The notes under the pieces are model-generated. The model saw nothing but the letters and a program-made list of their open reading frames with translations, was not told where the DNA came from and did no database searches. This document shows, piece by piece, positions 1 through 8,722 of a stretch of 32,000 nt of DNA. Position 1 is the stretch's first letter. Each line of letters begins with the position of its first letter. The translations under genes were made by a program, and so were the position numbers. Source of the stretch: Fastidiosibacter lacustris (GTDB lineage Bacteria > Pseudomonadota > Gammaproteobacteria > Francisellales > Francisellaceae); the NCBI RefSeq assembly GCF_003428155.1, contig NZ_QLIR01000002.1, forward strand, positions 210,001 through 242,000. The letters run 5' to 3'.

Positions 1-493
1 CTTGTCGCCCCAGGGGAAGCCATTAACACAAGCACGTGTTAAGGAGCTTGCCTGTGAAGATGCTTTAATCTTGCTTTGTGGTCGTTATGAAGGTATTGAC
101 GAACGTTTGATTGAGCGTCATGTTGATGAAGAAATCTCGATTGGTGATTATGTGTTAAGTGGTGGCGAGTTACCAGCAATGGTATTGATGGACAGTATTA
201 TGCGTCTGTTGCCGGATGTTTTAAACGATCAAGAATCAGCAGTTGAAGATTCATTTTATAATGGTTTGCTAGATTGTCCGCATTATACACGCCCAGCTCA
301 ACATAGTGAGGCAGGGGATGTGCCAGCAGTGCTGTTATCAGGTGATCATAGAAAAATTCAACAATGGCGACAGCAACAAAAAATAAAACGCACATTTATG
401 CGGCGCAAAGATTTGATTGAGTGCCTATGTCTATCGGATGAAGATAAGCAATACCTTGCGCAAATAGCGCATGAAGAACAAAATAAAACGTGA
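1..493 (+). CDS. trmD: tRNA (guanine37-N1)-methyltransferase TrmD, C-terminal ~163 codons (5' end lies outside the window)
   Basis: The ORF is open to the window edge in frame 2 and stops with TGA at 491-493. The translation ([48 protein letters not shown]..., HYTRP) matches the conserved TrmD core. It is followed by rplS, as in the rpsP-rimM-trmD-rplS operon. Confidence 0.9.
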   Translation, partial: LSPQGKPLTQARVKELACEDALILLCGRYEGIDERLIERHVDEEISIGDYVLSGGELPAMVLMDSIMRLLPDVLNDQESAVEDSFYNGLLDCPHYTRPAQHSEAGDVPAVLLSGDHRKIQQWRQQQKIKRTFMRRKDLIECLCLSDEDKQYLAQIAHEEQNKT

Positions 494-522
494 TAGAGAA
501 TGCACATTTAGGAGAAAAATAA

Positions 523-870
523 ATGAAAAGTAAATATTTAGAATTAGTTGAAAAATCACAATTACGTAGCGATATCCCAACGATGTATCCAGGTGATTCT
601 GTTGTTGTTAATGTCTGGGTAAAAGAAGGTGATAAAGCACGTGTTCAAGCTTTCAAGGGCTTTGTGTTAGCAATTAAAAATCGTGGTATTAACTCAGCTT
701 TTACCGTGCGCAAAATGTCATCTGGGGAGGGTGTTGAACGCACATTCCAAACACACAGTCCAATTATTGAAAGTGTAATCATAGAAAGACGTGCAAAAGT
801 TCGTCGCGCTAAACTTTACTACATGCGTGGACTTACTGGTAAGGCTGCAAGAATTAAAGAAAAAGTATAA
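523..870 (+). CDS. rplS: 50S ribosomal protein L19
   Basis: The ORF is 115 aa, with a strong SD (AGGAGA) 8 nt upstream of the ATG. The sequence (...[32 protein letters not shown]...[21 protein letters not shown]...[21 protein letters not shown]) is canonical L19. Confidence 0.95.
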   Translation: MKSKYLELVEKSQLRSDIPTMYPGDSVVVNVWVKEGDKARVQAFKGFVLAIKNRGINSAFTVRKMSSGEGVERTFQTHSPIIESVIIERRAKVRRAKLYYMRGLTGKAARIKEKV

Positions 871-877
871 TTTTAAA

Positions 878-956
878 AGTACTCCCCAATATCAATATCA
901 ATATCAATATCAATATCAATATCAATACCACTAAACAGTAAAAGAGACATTTTTTA
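878..956 (+). repeat. Copy A of a ~50-nt dispersed element, expanded here by a microsatellite; it is the inverted partner of 19125-19174
   Basis: The core CACTAAACAGTAAAAGAGACATTTTTTA (929-956) equals the reverse complement of 19125-19153 except for one A in an A-run. Flanking similarity is AGTACTCCC vs AGAACTCTC. After collapsing the extra hexamer units I count about 44/50 identities. Confidence 0.75.
887..928. repeat. Hexanucleotide microsatellite (CAATAT)x6 plus one CAATAC unit
   Basis: Read directly from the sequence: seven tandem 6-nt units begin 17 nt after the rplS stop codon. Confidence 0.97.
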
Positions 957-1426
957 TTGTAAAATTGGTTCACTTTTTAATGGTTCAAGACAGATCTTGT
1001 AATCTGTTGAACTCAGATAATAAAATCTATTTAATTTTGTTTACATCAATATTTTTATAGCTTGATACTGCTTAAGGTTGCGTTTAGCTTCTGCCATATC
1101 GGAATAGACTTTATAGTCTTTCAAATAAACCTCTTTATGTCATATGCTCAATAAAAATATGATCAAAAGCTGCCCATCTACGTTGATTTTAATATCATTG
1201 ACAAAGCATATTTAAACGAAGTGCTGACTTCTATTCTAGACCTCATGGTTGGTGATGTTAAGGATGGTTTATTGGTTTTTTGATGGAGATTGAGTAAGTA
1301 AGATTGAGATGATGTGAAAATCTTAGTTTTTGGTGGTCAATCCGATATTTTGGTTTTATTATTAGCGGCAAATTAAGGTTTGATGATATAAAGATATAAT
1401 CTTTTGATTCAGGGAGTATTTACTCA

Positions 1427-2938
1427 ATGCCAATATTGCAATGGCTCAATAGAGAGGAAAGCATAAGAAAAAGCAGTAAGGTGCCGTATCGTTTGTTAGA
1501 GGTTGACGATAGTTTATCTTATGGTGACAAAGATACTGAAAATATGTTGATACAGGGAGATAACCTTGATGCGTTAAAGGCTTTGTTGCCTTATTATGCG
1601 GGTAAAGTGAAGTGTATATTTATAGACCCCCCATACAATACTAAAAGTGCTTTTGAGTATTACGAGGATAACTTAGAGCATACAAAATGGCTTGAGATGA
1701 TGTATCCAAGGTTGGAGTTATTGCGCGAATTATTGAGTGAAGATGGAAGTATTTGGGTAACGATAGATGATAACGAAGCACATTATTTAAAAGTTATAAT
1801 GGATGAGGTTTTTGGAAGAAAAAACTTTGTAACCAACATTGTTTGGCAAAAAAAATATACAACCTCAAATGATTCAAAAGGTATTCCTGATTCCCATGAT
1901 CATATTTTAGTTTTTAAAAAATCAGAAAAATTTGAAAGAGGTCTTCTTCCAAGAAATGATAAGCAGAATTCAATGTATAAATACGATGATGGTGATGGAA
2001 GGGGTTTATACAGAACTGACAATATTCTTGTTAAAAGCTTTTCGCAAAGCGGTGTTTTTCCAATAATCAATCCTAATACTAGCAAAGAATATATGCCCCC
2101 CGAAGGTAAATGTTGGAGAACAAATAAGGAAAATATGGAAAAATGGATCAAAGAAAACAGGATTTACTTTGGGAAAGATGGGAAAGGATCCCCGCAATTA
2201 AAAAGATATCTAAATGAAGTTAAACAAGGAATAGTTCCCAATACTTGGTGGACATTTGAAGATGCTGGCCATAACGATCAATCAAAGAAAGAATTACAAA
2301 AACTTTTTACGAGAGATATTTTTGATACTCCGAAACCAGAAAAGCTTATTCAGCGAATCTTATCTTTGGCTACTAGTGAAAACGATTTAGTCCTTGATTC
2401 CTTTCTTGGATCAGGCACCACCGCAGCAGTTGCTCACAAAATGGGGCGTAGATACATTGGTATTGAAATGGGCGAACATGCTAAAATACATTGTGCAGAT
2501 CGTTTAAAAAAAGTGATTGATGGTGAACAGGGAGGTATTTCTAAAAATGTAAACTGGCAGGGTGGAGGTGGCTTTAGATTTTATCATTTAGGCCAACCTA
2601 TATTTGATGACAAAGGACACATAAACCCTAAGATTAAATTTGATCACTTAGCCGCTCATGTATGGTTTTGTGAAACGCATACGCCTTTTGAGAATAAAGA
2701 TAAGTCTGCATTTTTAGGCATCCATAATGACGTTGCTTATTATCTTTTGTATAACGGAATTTTAGGCGACAAAAGACCACATGGCGGTAATGTGTTGACG
2801 AATAAAATATTGGAAACATTACCAAAGCATGATGGCATAAAAGTTATTTATGGTGAATCAAGCCGAATAAGTGATAAGAAACTTAAAGAGTTAAATATTA
2901 CTTTCAAGCAAACCCCTTATGATGTTAAGAGCAGTTAG
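1427..2938 (+). CDS. mod: Type III restriction-modification system methyltransferase (Mod), beta-class N6-adenine type
   Basis: The ORF is 503 aa, with GGGAG 10 nt upstream of the ATG. Motif IV is FIDPPYNT (about aa 65-72) and motif I is DSFLGSGTTAAVAHKMGRRYIGIE (about aa 323-346). The order IV then I, with a variable region between, is the beta-class/Type III Mod arrangement. The stop codon lies 2 nt before the res ATG. Confidence 0.85.
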   Translation: MPILQWLNREESIRKSSKVPYRLLEVDDSLSYGDKDTENMLIQGDNLDALKALLPYYAGKVKCIFIDPPYNTKSAFEYYEDNLEHTKWLEMMYPRLELLRELLSEDGSIWVTIDDNEAHYLKVIMDEVFGRKNFVTNIVWQKKYTTSNDSKGIPDSHDHILVFKKSEKFERGLLPRNDKQNSMYKYDDGDGRGLYRTDNILVKSFSQSGVFPIINPNTSKEYMPPEGKCWRTNKENMEKWIKENRIYFGKDGKGSPQLKRYLNEVKQGIVPNTWWTFEDAGHNDQSKKELQKLFTRDIFDTPKPEKLIQRILSLATSENDLVLDSFLGSGTTAAVAHKMGRRYIGIEMGEHAKIHCADRLKKVIDGEQGGISKNVNWQGGGGFRFYHLGQPIFDDKGHINPKIKFDHLAAHVWFCETHTPFENKDKSAFLGIHNDVAYYLLYNGILGDKRPHGGNVLTNKILETLPKHDGIKVIYGESSRISDKKLKELNITFKQTPYDVKSS

Positions 2939-2940
2939 TT

Positions 2941-5553
2941 ATGTTTAAATTAAGGCAATATCAGATTAACACAATTGAAGTATTAAAAAGTTATCTTTCT
3001 GGCGCAAGATTTTCAAACCCAAAAAGTGCCTATGATACAATCCAAAAAGCAAATTATGGTCAGGGGCAATATAAGCCGTTTAATAGTTTAGAGGGTTTAC
3101 AAGATGCACCTTATGTTTGCTTAAGATTACCGACAGGAGGAGGTAAGACGTTACTATCAGCGCATACCATAAAATTAGCGAGTGAACATTATCTTGAAAG
3201 TGACTATCCCTTAACATTATGGCTTGTGCCAACTGATAAGATTAAGCAACAAACTTTAGAGACACTAACTGATGAAGATCACCCAAACAGGAAAGTGTTA
3301 AATGAAGCATTTGGTGGTAAGTTTCGAGTATTTGACATTGCTGATTTTAGACAAATACGCCCTGCTGATATTGATAGTGGCGCATGTATTATTATTTCCA
3401 CATTTCAATCTTTGCGAGTAGATGACACCAATGGGCGCAAGGTATATGCACATGATGAAAACTTAGAGCCACATTTTAGTAAAATATCGGCAATAGAATC
3501 GATGGAGTTTTTAGAGGACTCCAACCAATTAAAATATTCTTTAGTGAATTTATTGCACTGGTATAGACCTTTAGTGATTATTGATGAAGCGCATAATGCA
3601 AAATCAGAATTAAGTATTGAAGTGTTAAGGCGCGTTAATGCAGCTTGTGTTATTGAATACACGGCAACACCTGCTAAAAATAGTAATGTTATTCATTTAG
3701 TCACAGCAGCAGAATTAAAAGCTGAGGAAATGATAAAGTTACCTTTAGTTGTTCAGCCTGCAAAAACGTGGCAAGTTGCAGTAGAGCAAAGTATACAGAC
3801 ACGTCAAAAACTAGAGGAGTTAGCCAATAATTCTAAACTTGAAGATCAATATATACGCCCTATAGTGCTATTTCAGGCTGAGAAAAAAGACCGAGATATA
3901 ACAGTAGAAGTATTAAAACGACATTTAATTGAATCTGAAAAGATCAAAGAAGAAGAAATAGCCATTGCAACAGGTACACAAAAAGAGCTAGACGGCTTAG
4001 ACCTTTTTAATCGCAACTGTAAGATACGTTACATTATAACGGTAGAAGCATTAAAAGAGGGGTGGGATTGTTCTTTTGCTTATGTGTTATGTTCAATTGC
4101 TAACACAACATCGGCAACAGCGATTGAGCAGTTAATAGGGCGCGTATTAAGAATGCCTTACGCACAAAGAAGAAAGCAAGAAGTGCTTAATAAGGCATAT
4201 GCACATACAGCATCGACAAGTTGGCTCAATACCGTTGATAAATTAAAAGATTGTTTAGTTAAAATGGGCTTTGAAAAGCAAGAAGCAGAGCAAGTTATTT
4301 ATCAGCAATCGTTAGATGGTTTTAATGATAATGTTGAAGATGTCATACAATTTTCATTAAGTGGGGATTTTGATTCATTCAGTCTTGATTTAGTTGAGCA
4401 GTCAAATATAACACTCACAAAAAATGATAAAGGTGTAACGCAAGTAACCTATAAAGGTGCTTTAGCTAAAGATACTATTGAGAATCTAGTTAATGCAATT
4501 AAAGACCCAGAAGAAAAGAAAAAAGTTGCACGTAAACTTGATGTAAAAATGCAGCATAAAGAGGAAAGACTAAGCCCATCACAGCGAGGTGAGCGTTTTA
4601 TACTTCCTCAAATATGCCTATGCCTTGATGATGATTGGGATGTAGCCGAACCAGAATCTTATTTACATTTACAAGGTGATTGGCGAATTGCAGATTATTA
4701 TAAGCCATTGACTAAAGATGATTTTTCATTAGATGAAGATGGTAAGCAATATATAATCGACATTGCCAATCAAAAAATGCAAGTAGGGTTTTTAGGTAAA
4801 AAAGAACAGTTGTCATTATACGGTATCAAAACGAATATCACAGTTAATGATTTATGTTCTTGGTTTGATCACAATTTACGTTCACATGATATTACATCAC
4901 AACATCTACTTGAATATATACGAAAAACGATTGAAGCATTGCTTGAACGTGGTGACTTGGATATAGCCGCTTTAGTTCGAGGTAAATATATTCTTCAGAA
5001 GGTGCTAAAAGACAGAATTAATCAAGCTCGAAAAGAAGCGCAGAAGAAAGGCTTTCAGCTATGTTTACTGGATAATGACATAATGCAAGTAGACCTATCA
5101 CAGTATGCGTTTGAGTTTCCAATCAATTACCCAATTAATCAATACTACGAGGGGAGTTACCAATTTAAGAATCATTACTACCCTCAGATTGCAGCTATGA
5201 ATAAAGAAGAATTCGAGTGCGCTAAGGTGCTTGATATGCACGATAGTATCGAATATTGGTTAAGGAATATTGAAAATCAACCAGATAAATCGTTTTGGCT
5301 TCCAACAGATAGCAGTAGATTTTATCCTGATTTTATAGCCAAGCTTAAAGATGATCGTTTGCTGATTGTTGAATACAAGGGGCAACATTTGCTTACGAAT
5401 GAGGATAGTAAACAAAAAGAGTTAATCGGTCATCGTTGGGCTGAACTTTCTCATAATTTATTTTTGATGGCTACTAATAAAGATGATAAAGGGAGAGGTG
5501 TTTTTGAGCAGATTGATTGCTTATTGAAGAATGAAAGTTTTATAGTACCTTAA
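2941..5553 (+). CDS. res: Type III restriction enzyme Res subunit (SF2 helicase plus C-terminal PD-(D/E)xK nuclease)
   Basis: The ORF is 870 aa. Helicase motifs are LRLPTGGGKT (Walker A, motif I), VIIDEAHN (DEAH, motif II), EYTATP (III), ITVEALKEGWDC (V) and QLIGRVLR (VI). A nuclease-like motif, FYPDFIAKLKDDRLLIVEYKG (PD...ExK), lies near the C-terminus. The gene is translationally adjacent to mod. Confidence 0.85.
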   Translation: MFKLRQYQINTIEVLKSYLSGARFSNPKSAYDTIQKANYGQGQYKPFNSLEGLQDAPYVCLRLPTGGGKTLLSAHTIKLASEHYLESDYPLTLWLVPTDKIKQQTLETLTDEDHPNRKVLNEAFGGKFRVFDIADFRQIRPADIDSGACIIISTFQSLRVDDTNGRKVYAHDENLEPHFSKISAIESMEFLEDSNQLKYSLVNLLHWYRPLVIIDEAHNAKSELSIEVLRRVNAACVIEYTATPAKNSNVIHLVTAAELKAEEMIKLPLVVQPAKTWQVAVEQSIQTRQKLEELANNSKLEDQYIRPIVLFQAEKKDRDITVEVLKRHLIESEKIKEEEIAIATGTQKELDGLDLFNRNCKIRYIITVEALKEGWDCSFAYVLCSIANTTSATAIEQLIGRVLRMPYAQRRKQEVLNKAYAHTASTSWLNTVDKLKDCLVKMGFEKQEAEQVIYQQSLDGFNDNVEDVIQFSLSGDFDSFSLDLVEQSNITLTKNDKGVTQVTYKGALAKDTIENLVNAIKDPEEKKKVARKLDVKMQHKEERLSPSQRGERFILPQICLCLDDDWDVAEPESYLHLQGDWRIADYYKPLTKDDFSLDEDGKQYIIDIANQKMQVGFLGKKEQLSLYGIKTNITVNDLCSWFDHNLRSHDITSQHLLEYIRKTIEALLERGDLDIAALVRGKYILQKVLKDRINQARKEAQKKGFQLCLLDNDIMQVDLSQYAFEFPINYPINQYYEGSYQFKNHYYPQIAAMNKEEFECAKVLDMHDSIEYWLRNIENQPDKSFWLPTDSSRFYPDFIAKLKDDRLLIVEYKGQHLLTNEDSKQKELIGHRWAELSHNLFLMATNKDDKGRGVFEQIDCLLKNESFIVP

Positions 5554-5584
5554 CAATTTTGAAGTCTTAAATTAGAGTGTTAAA

Positions 5585-6472
5585 ATGGCTGAGTATTCTG
5601 AAATTATTGACCAATTTCTTGATGATGTATGGCTTGCTGAAGGCTTAAGTCAAAATACATTGTTATCTTATAAAACAGATTTGATCCATTTGACTAAAGC
5701 TTATGATAAAAGAGACTTATTAACATTGGGCTTAATAGAATTACAAAATTTTTTAGCTAAGCGCCTAAATATTGGTTATAGCGCGCGCTCAAATGCACGA
5801 ATGATCTCAACTTTGCATAAATTTTATCAATGGTGTCATGCGCAAAACAAAATTATTGCTGATCCAACACAAAAACTCATTTTACCAAAATTACCAAAAA
5901 GTTTGCCAAAAGATTTATCCGAACAAGAAGTGGAAAAACTATTAGATGCTCCAGACTTAACGACAGAGATCGGAATACGTGATAAGGCGTTATTAGAGCT
6001 TATTTATGCCACAGGGTTACGTGTCAGCGAATTGGTTAATTTAACAGTTGATGATGTGAACTTGCGTCAAGGTGTGGTGCGGGTGATGGGAAAAGGTTCA
6101 AAAGAGCGTCTAGTACCAACAGGAGAATATGCACTTGAGTATTTGAATAAATATATTGATGAGGTTCGAGAAGACTGGCTGCAAGGATTAAAGCTCAATA
6201 AGCTTTTTATTTCACATCATAGAAAAGGGATTACACGTCAAACATTTTGGCATCGCATTAAATATTATGCAAATTTAGTCGATATTAAAAAAGAAATATC
6301 ACCTCATACCTTGCGCCATGCGTTTGCAACACACTTACTCAATCACGGTGCTGATTTGCGCTCAGTGCAAATGCTTTTAGGTCACAGTAGCGTCTCTACC
6401 ACAACAATTTATACCCACATATCCCAAGTGAGACTAATGAATCTATATAAGGAACATCATCCACGCGCTTGA
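5585..6472 (+). CDS. xerD: Site-specific tyrosine recombinase XerD
   Basis: The ORF is 295 aa and XerD-like along its whole length: N-terminal SAM-like domain (WLAEGLSQNTLLSYKTDL), RDKALLELIYATGLRVSELVNL, VMGKGSKERLVP, HTLRHAFATHLLNHGADLRSVQMLLGHSSVSTTTIYTH (R..HxxR..Y catalytic set). Confidence 0.85.
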   Translation: MAEYSEIIDQFLDDVWLAEGLSQNTLLSYKTDLIHLTKAYDKRDLLTLGLIELQNFLAKRLNIGYSARSNARMISTLHKFYQWCHAQNKIIADPTQKLILPKLPKSLPKDLSEQEVEKLLDAPDLTTEIGIRDKALLELIYATGLRVSELVNLTVDDVNLRQGVVRVMGKGSKERLVPTGEYALEYLNKYIDEVREDWLQGLKLNKLFISHHRKGITRQTFWHRIKYYANLVDIKKEISPHTLRHAFATHLLNHGADLRSVQMLLGHSSVSTTTIYTHISQVRLMNLYKEHHPRA

Positions 6473-6550
6473 GCAAAAGTCTATCATAATAATGAGCTTT
6501 TAATATTTAAACTTTATTCTATATTCAACTAAAGGAGTGGATAGGATTTA

Positions 6551-8722
6551 TTGGAGTATATTGTGCAGTCATATCAACAGGATAGTGGTATTTTAGCATT
6601 TGTTCAGGTGGCTAGTTTATATCAAATTGCACTTGATCCTAAAACGATTCATCACCAATTTGCAACGACTAATCAAGCGTTAGATTGTCAGACGTTGTTG
6701 CGCGCAATCAAACGAAATGGCTTTAAAGCAAAGCTTGTCAAAACAGAACCAAGTACTATTCATTCATCTGCTTTACCTGCAATTGCATGTGGGAAAACGC
6801 ATTATTTTGTAGTGGTTGGTATTAATGATAAGCATGAATACTTGATTATCTCACCACACAATACAGAGCTTGTTCGTTTGTCTTATGAAGAATTTAGTGA
6901 ACTGTTTGCCAATAAAATAATTTATTTAAATCCACAGGGGCAAGGATCAAACAAGAAAAGTTTTAATATCAAATGGTTTATTCCAGTGTTTTGGAAGTAT
7001 AAACATGTATTTAAGGATGTGTTGATTGCTTCATTCTTTTTGCAATTATTTGCTTTAGTCACACCATTATTTTTTCAGGTGGTGATGGATAAAGTTGTTG
7101 TGCATCAAGCACTCACTTCACTTGAGATTTTAGCCATTGGATTTGTTGCAGTGAGTATATTTGAAATGCTGTTGGGCTCAATTAGAACGTATTTATTTGC
7201 GCATACAACAAGTCGGGTGGATGTAGAACTTGGGACAAAGTTGTATCAGCATTTACTAAGTTTACCCTTGGCTTATTTCGAAGCACGACAGGTAGGACAA
7301 AATGTAGCACGCGTGAAAGAGTTAGATAATATTCGTCAATTTTTAACCAGTAGCGCATTAACGCTTATTATTGACTTAGGGTTTACTTTTATCTTTTTTG
7401 CAGTGATGTGGTTTTATTCTGCTAAATTGACCTTGATTGTTTTAGCGACAATTCCTTGTTATGTTTTATTATCTTTGTTTATTACACCGATTTTAAAATA
7501 TCGTCTAGACAAGGCATTTAAGGAGGGGGCGAAGAATCAAGCTTTTCTAACTGAATCTTTAACAGGTATTCAAACCATTAAAGCCGCTGCAATTGAACCA
7601 CAAATGCAGCATAGATGGGAAGATAATCTATCCAATTATGTACGCACGAACTTTCGTGCGTAAAACTTAAGCAATATTACTTCTCAAATTGCTCAATTTA
7701 TCAATAAACTCACCATTTTGCTAATCATCTTTTTTGGCGTGAATTTAGTAATTATGGGAAGCTTAACCATTGGTCAGCTCATCGCTTTTAATATGTTAGC
7801 AGGGCGTGTTACAGGACCGATTTTGAAAGTAGTACAATTATGGCAGGATTTTCAGCAGGTCAGTATTTCCTTAAAGCGTTTAGGGGATATCTTGAACAGT
7901 AGACCTGAGGAAGAGCCAACGAATATGCAGCATAAGCTTACCAAAGTTGAAGGTGAGATTGAATTTAAAAATGTGCATTTTCAATATCAGATTGATACTC
8001 CAGCGGTATTAAATAATATTTCATTTATCGTAAAACCTGGTCAATCGATTGGTATTGTTGGTCGTTCAGGGTCAGGGAAAAGCACGCTAACTAAGCTTAT
8101 TCAAAGGCTTTATGTTTCGCAATCTGGTAGGATTTTACTTGATGGTGCTGATATATCATCCTTAAGTGCCGTGTGGTTAAGGCAGCAAATTGGTGTGGTA
8201 TTGCAAGAGAACTTTTTGTTTAACCATAGTATTCGTGACAATATTGCATTAACTTGTCCTGGTATTGCACTTGATTTAGTTGTGCATGCCTCAAAGCTTG
8301 CAGGTGCGCATGAGTTTATTGTGAAACTTAAAAATGGTTATGACACTATTGTTGAGGAGCAAGGTGCAAATTTTTCAGGAGGACAAAAGCAGCGTATTGC
8401 AATTGCTAGAGCCTTGATTAATGAGCCAAAAATTTTAATTTTTGATGAGGCAACTTCAGCCCTTGATTATGAATCAGAGTATATTATTCAACAAAATATG
8501 GCTGCAATTGCTAAAGACAGAACACTTTTTATAATTGCACATCGATTATCGACTGTTAAGCATTGTGATCAAGTTCTTTATTTAGATCAAGGTCAGATTG
8601 TTGAACATGGAACACACGATGAACTTATTGCCCAAAATGGGCACTATGCGAAGTTGTATCAAGCACAATTTGTAAAAGTGGGTGTGAATCAGGAGGATAG
8701 TCAATGCAAAAAGTATGGATAA
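6551..8722 (+). pseudogene. hlyB: HlyB-family type I secretion ABC transporter (C39-like domain, TMD, NBD) interrupted by one in-frame TAA at 7661-7663
   Basis: ORFs 6551-7663 and 7718-8722 are in the same frame, and the codons between them (NLSNITSQIAQFINKLT) continue the alignment. The whole sequence is collinear with E. coli HlyB as I remember it (FLQLFALVTPLFFQVVMDKV, SLTIGQLIAFNMLAGR, LWQDFQQV, GRSGSGKSTLTKLIQR, LSGGQKQRIAIARAL, ILIFDEATSALD). The true start may be the GTG at 6563 (GGAG 6 nt upstream). Confidence 0.85.

Noticed and set aside
1143-1154. The 12-mer TATGCTCAATAA is shared between 1143-1154 and 31422-31433.
   Set aside because: Tens of 12-nt coincidences are expected in 32 kb of AT-rich DNA on both strands, and the similarity does not extend into the flanks.
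1848-1855. The A8 homopolymer inside mod (WQKKYT region) could be a phase-variation switch.
   Set aside because: A 8-nt A-run is unremarkable in a genome this AT-rich. Known Type III mod phase variation uses long tetra- or pentanucleotide or poly-G tracts, and the ORF is in frame here.
5585-6472. The tyrosine recombinase next to the R-M module could be the integrase of a mobile island.
   Set aside because: It is full length and XerD-like throughout, including XerD-specific blocks such as RDKALLELIYATGLRVSELV and VMGKGSKERLVP. No att-like direct repeats flank the R-M genes. The simplest reading is the housekeeping xerD, although I cannot exclude that the island targeted its neighbourhood.
6551-6950. 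The N-terminal domain of the ABC transporter could be an active C39 peptidase, implying a bacteriocin or double-glycine peptide exporter with a small precursor gene nearby.
   Set aside because: The residue aligned with the catalytic Cys is not Cys (QQDSGILAF against DYGLYAL of HlyB). The whole protein is collinear with HlyB-type RTX exporters. I found no small GG-leader ORF in the flanks (5554-6550 and 10114-10128).
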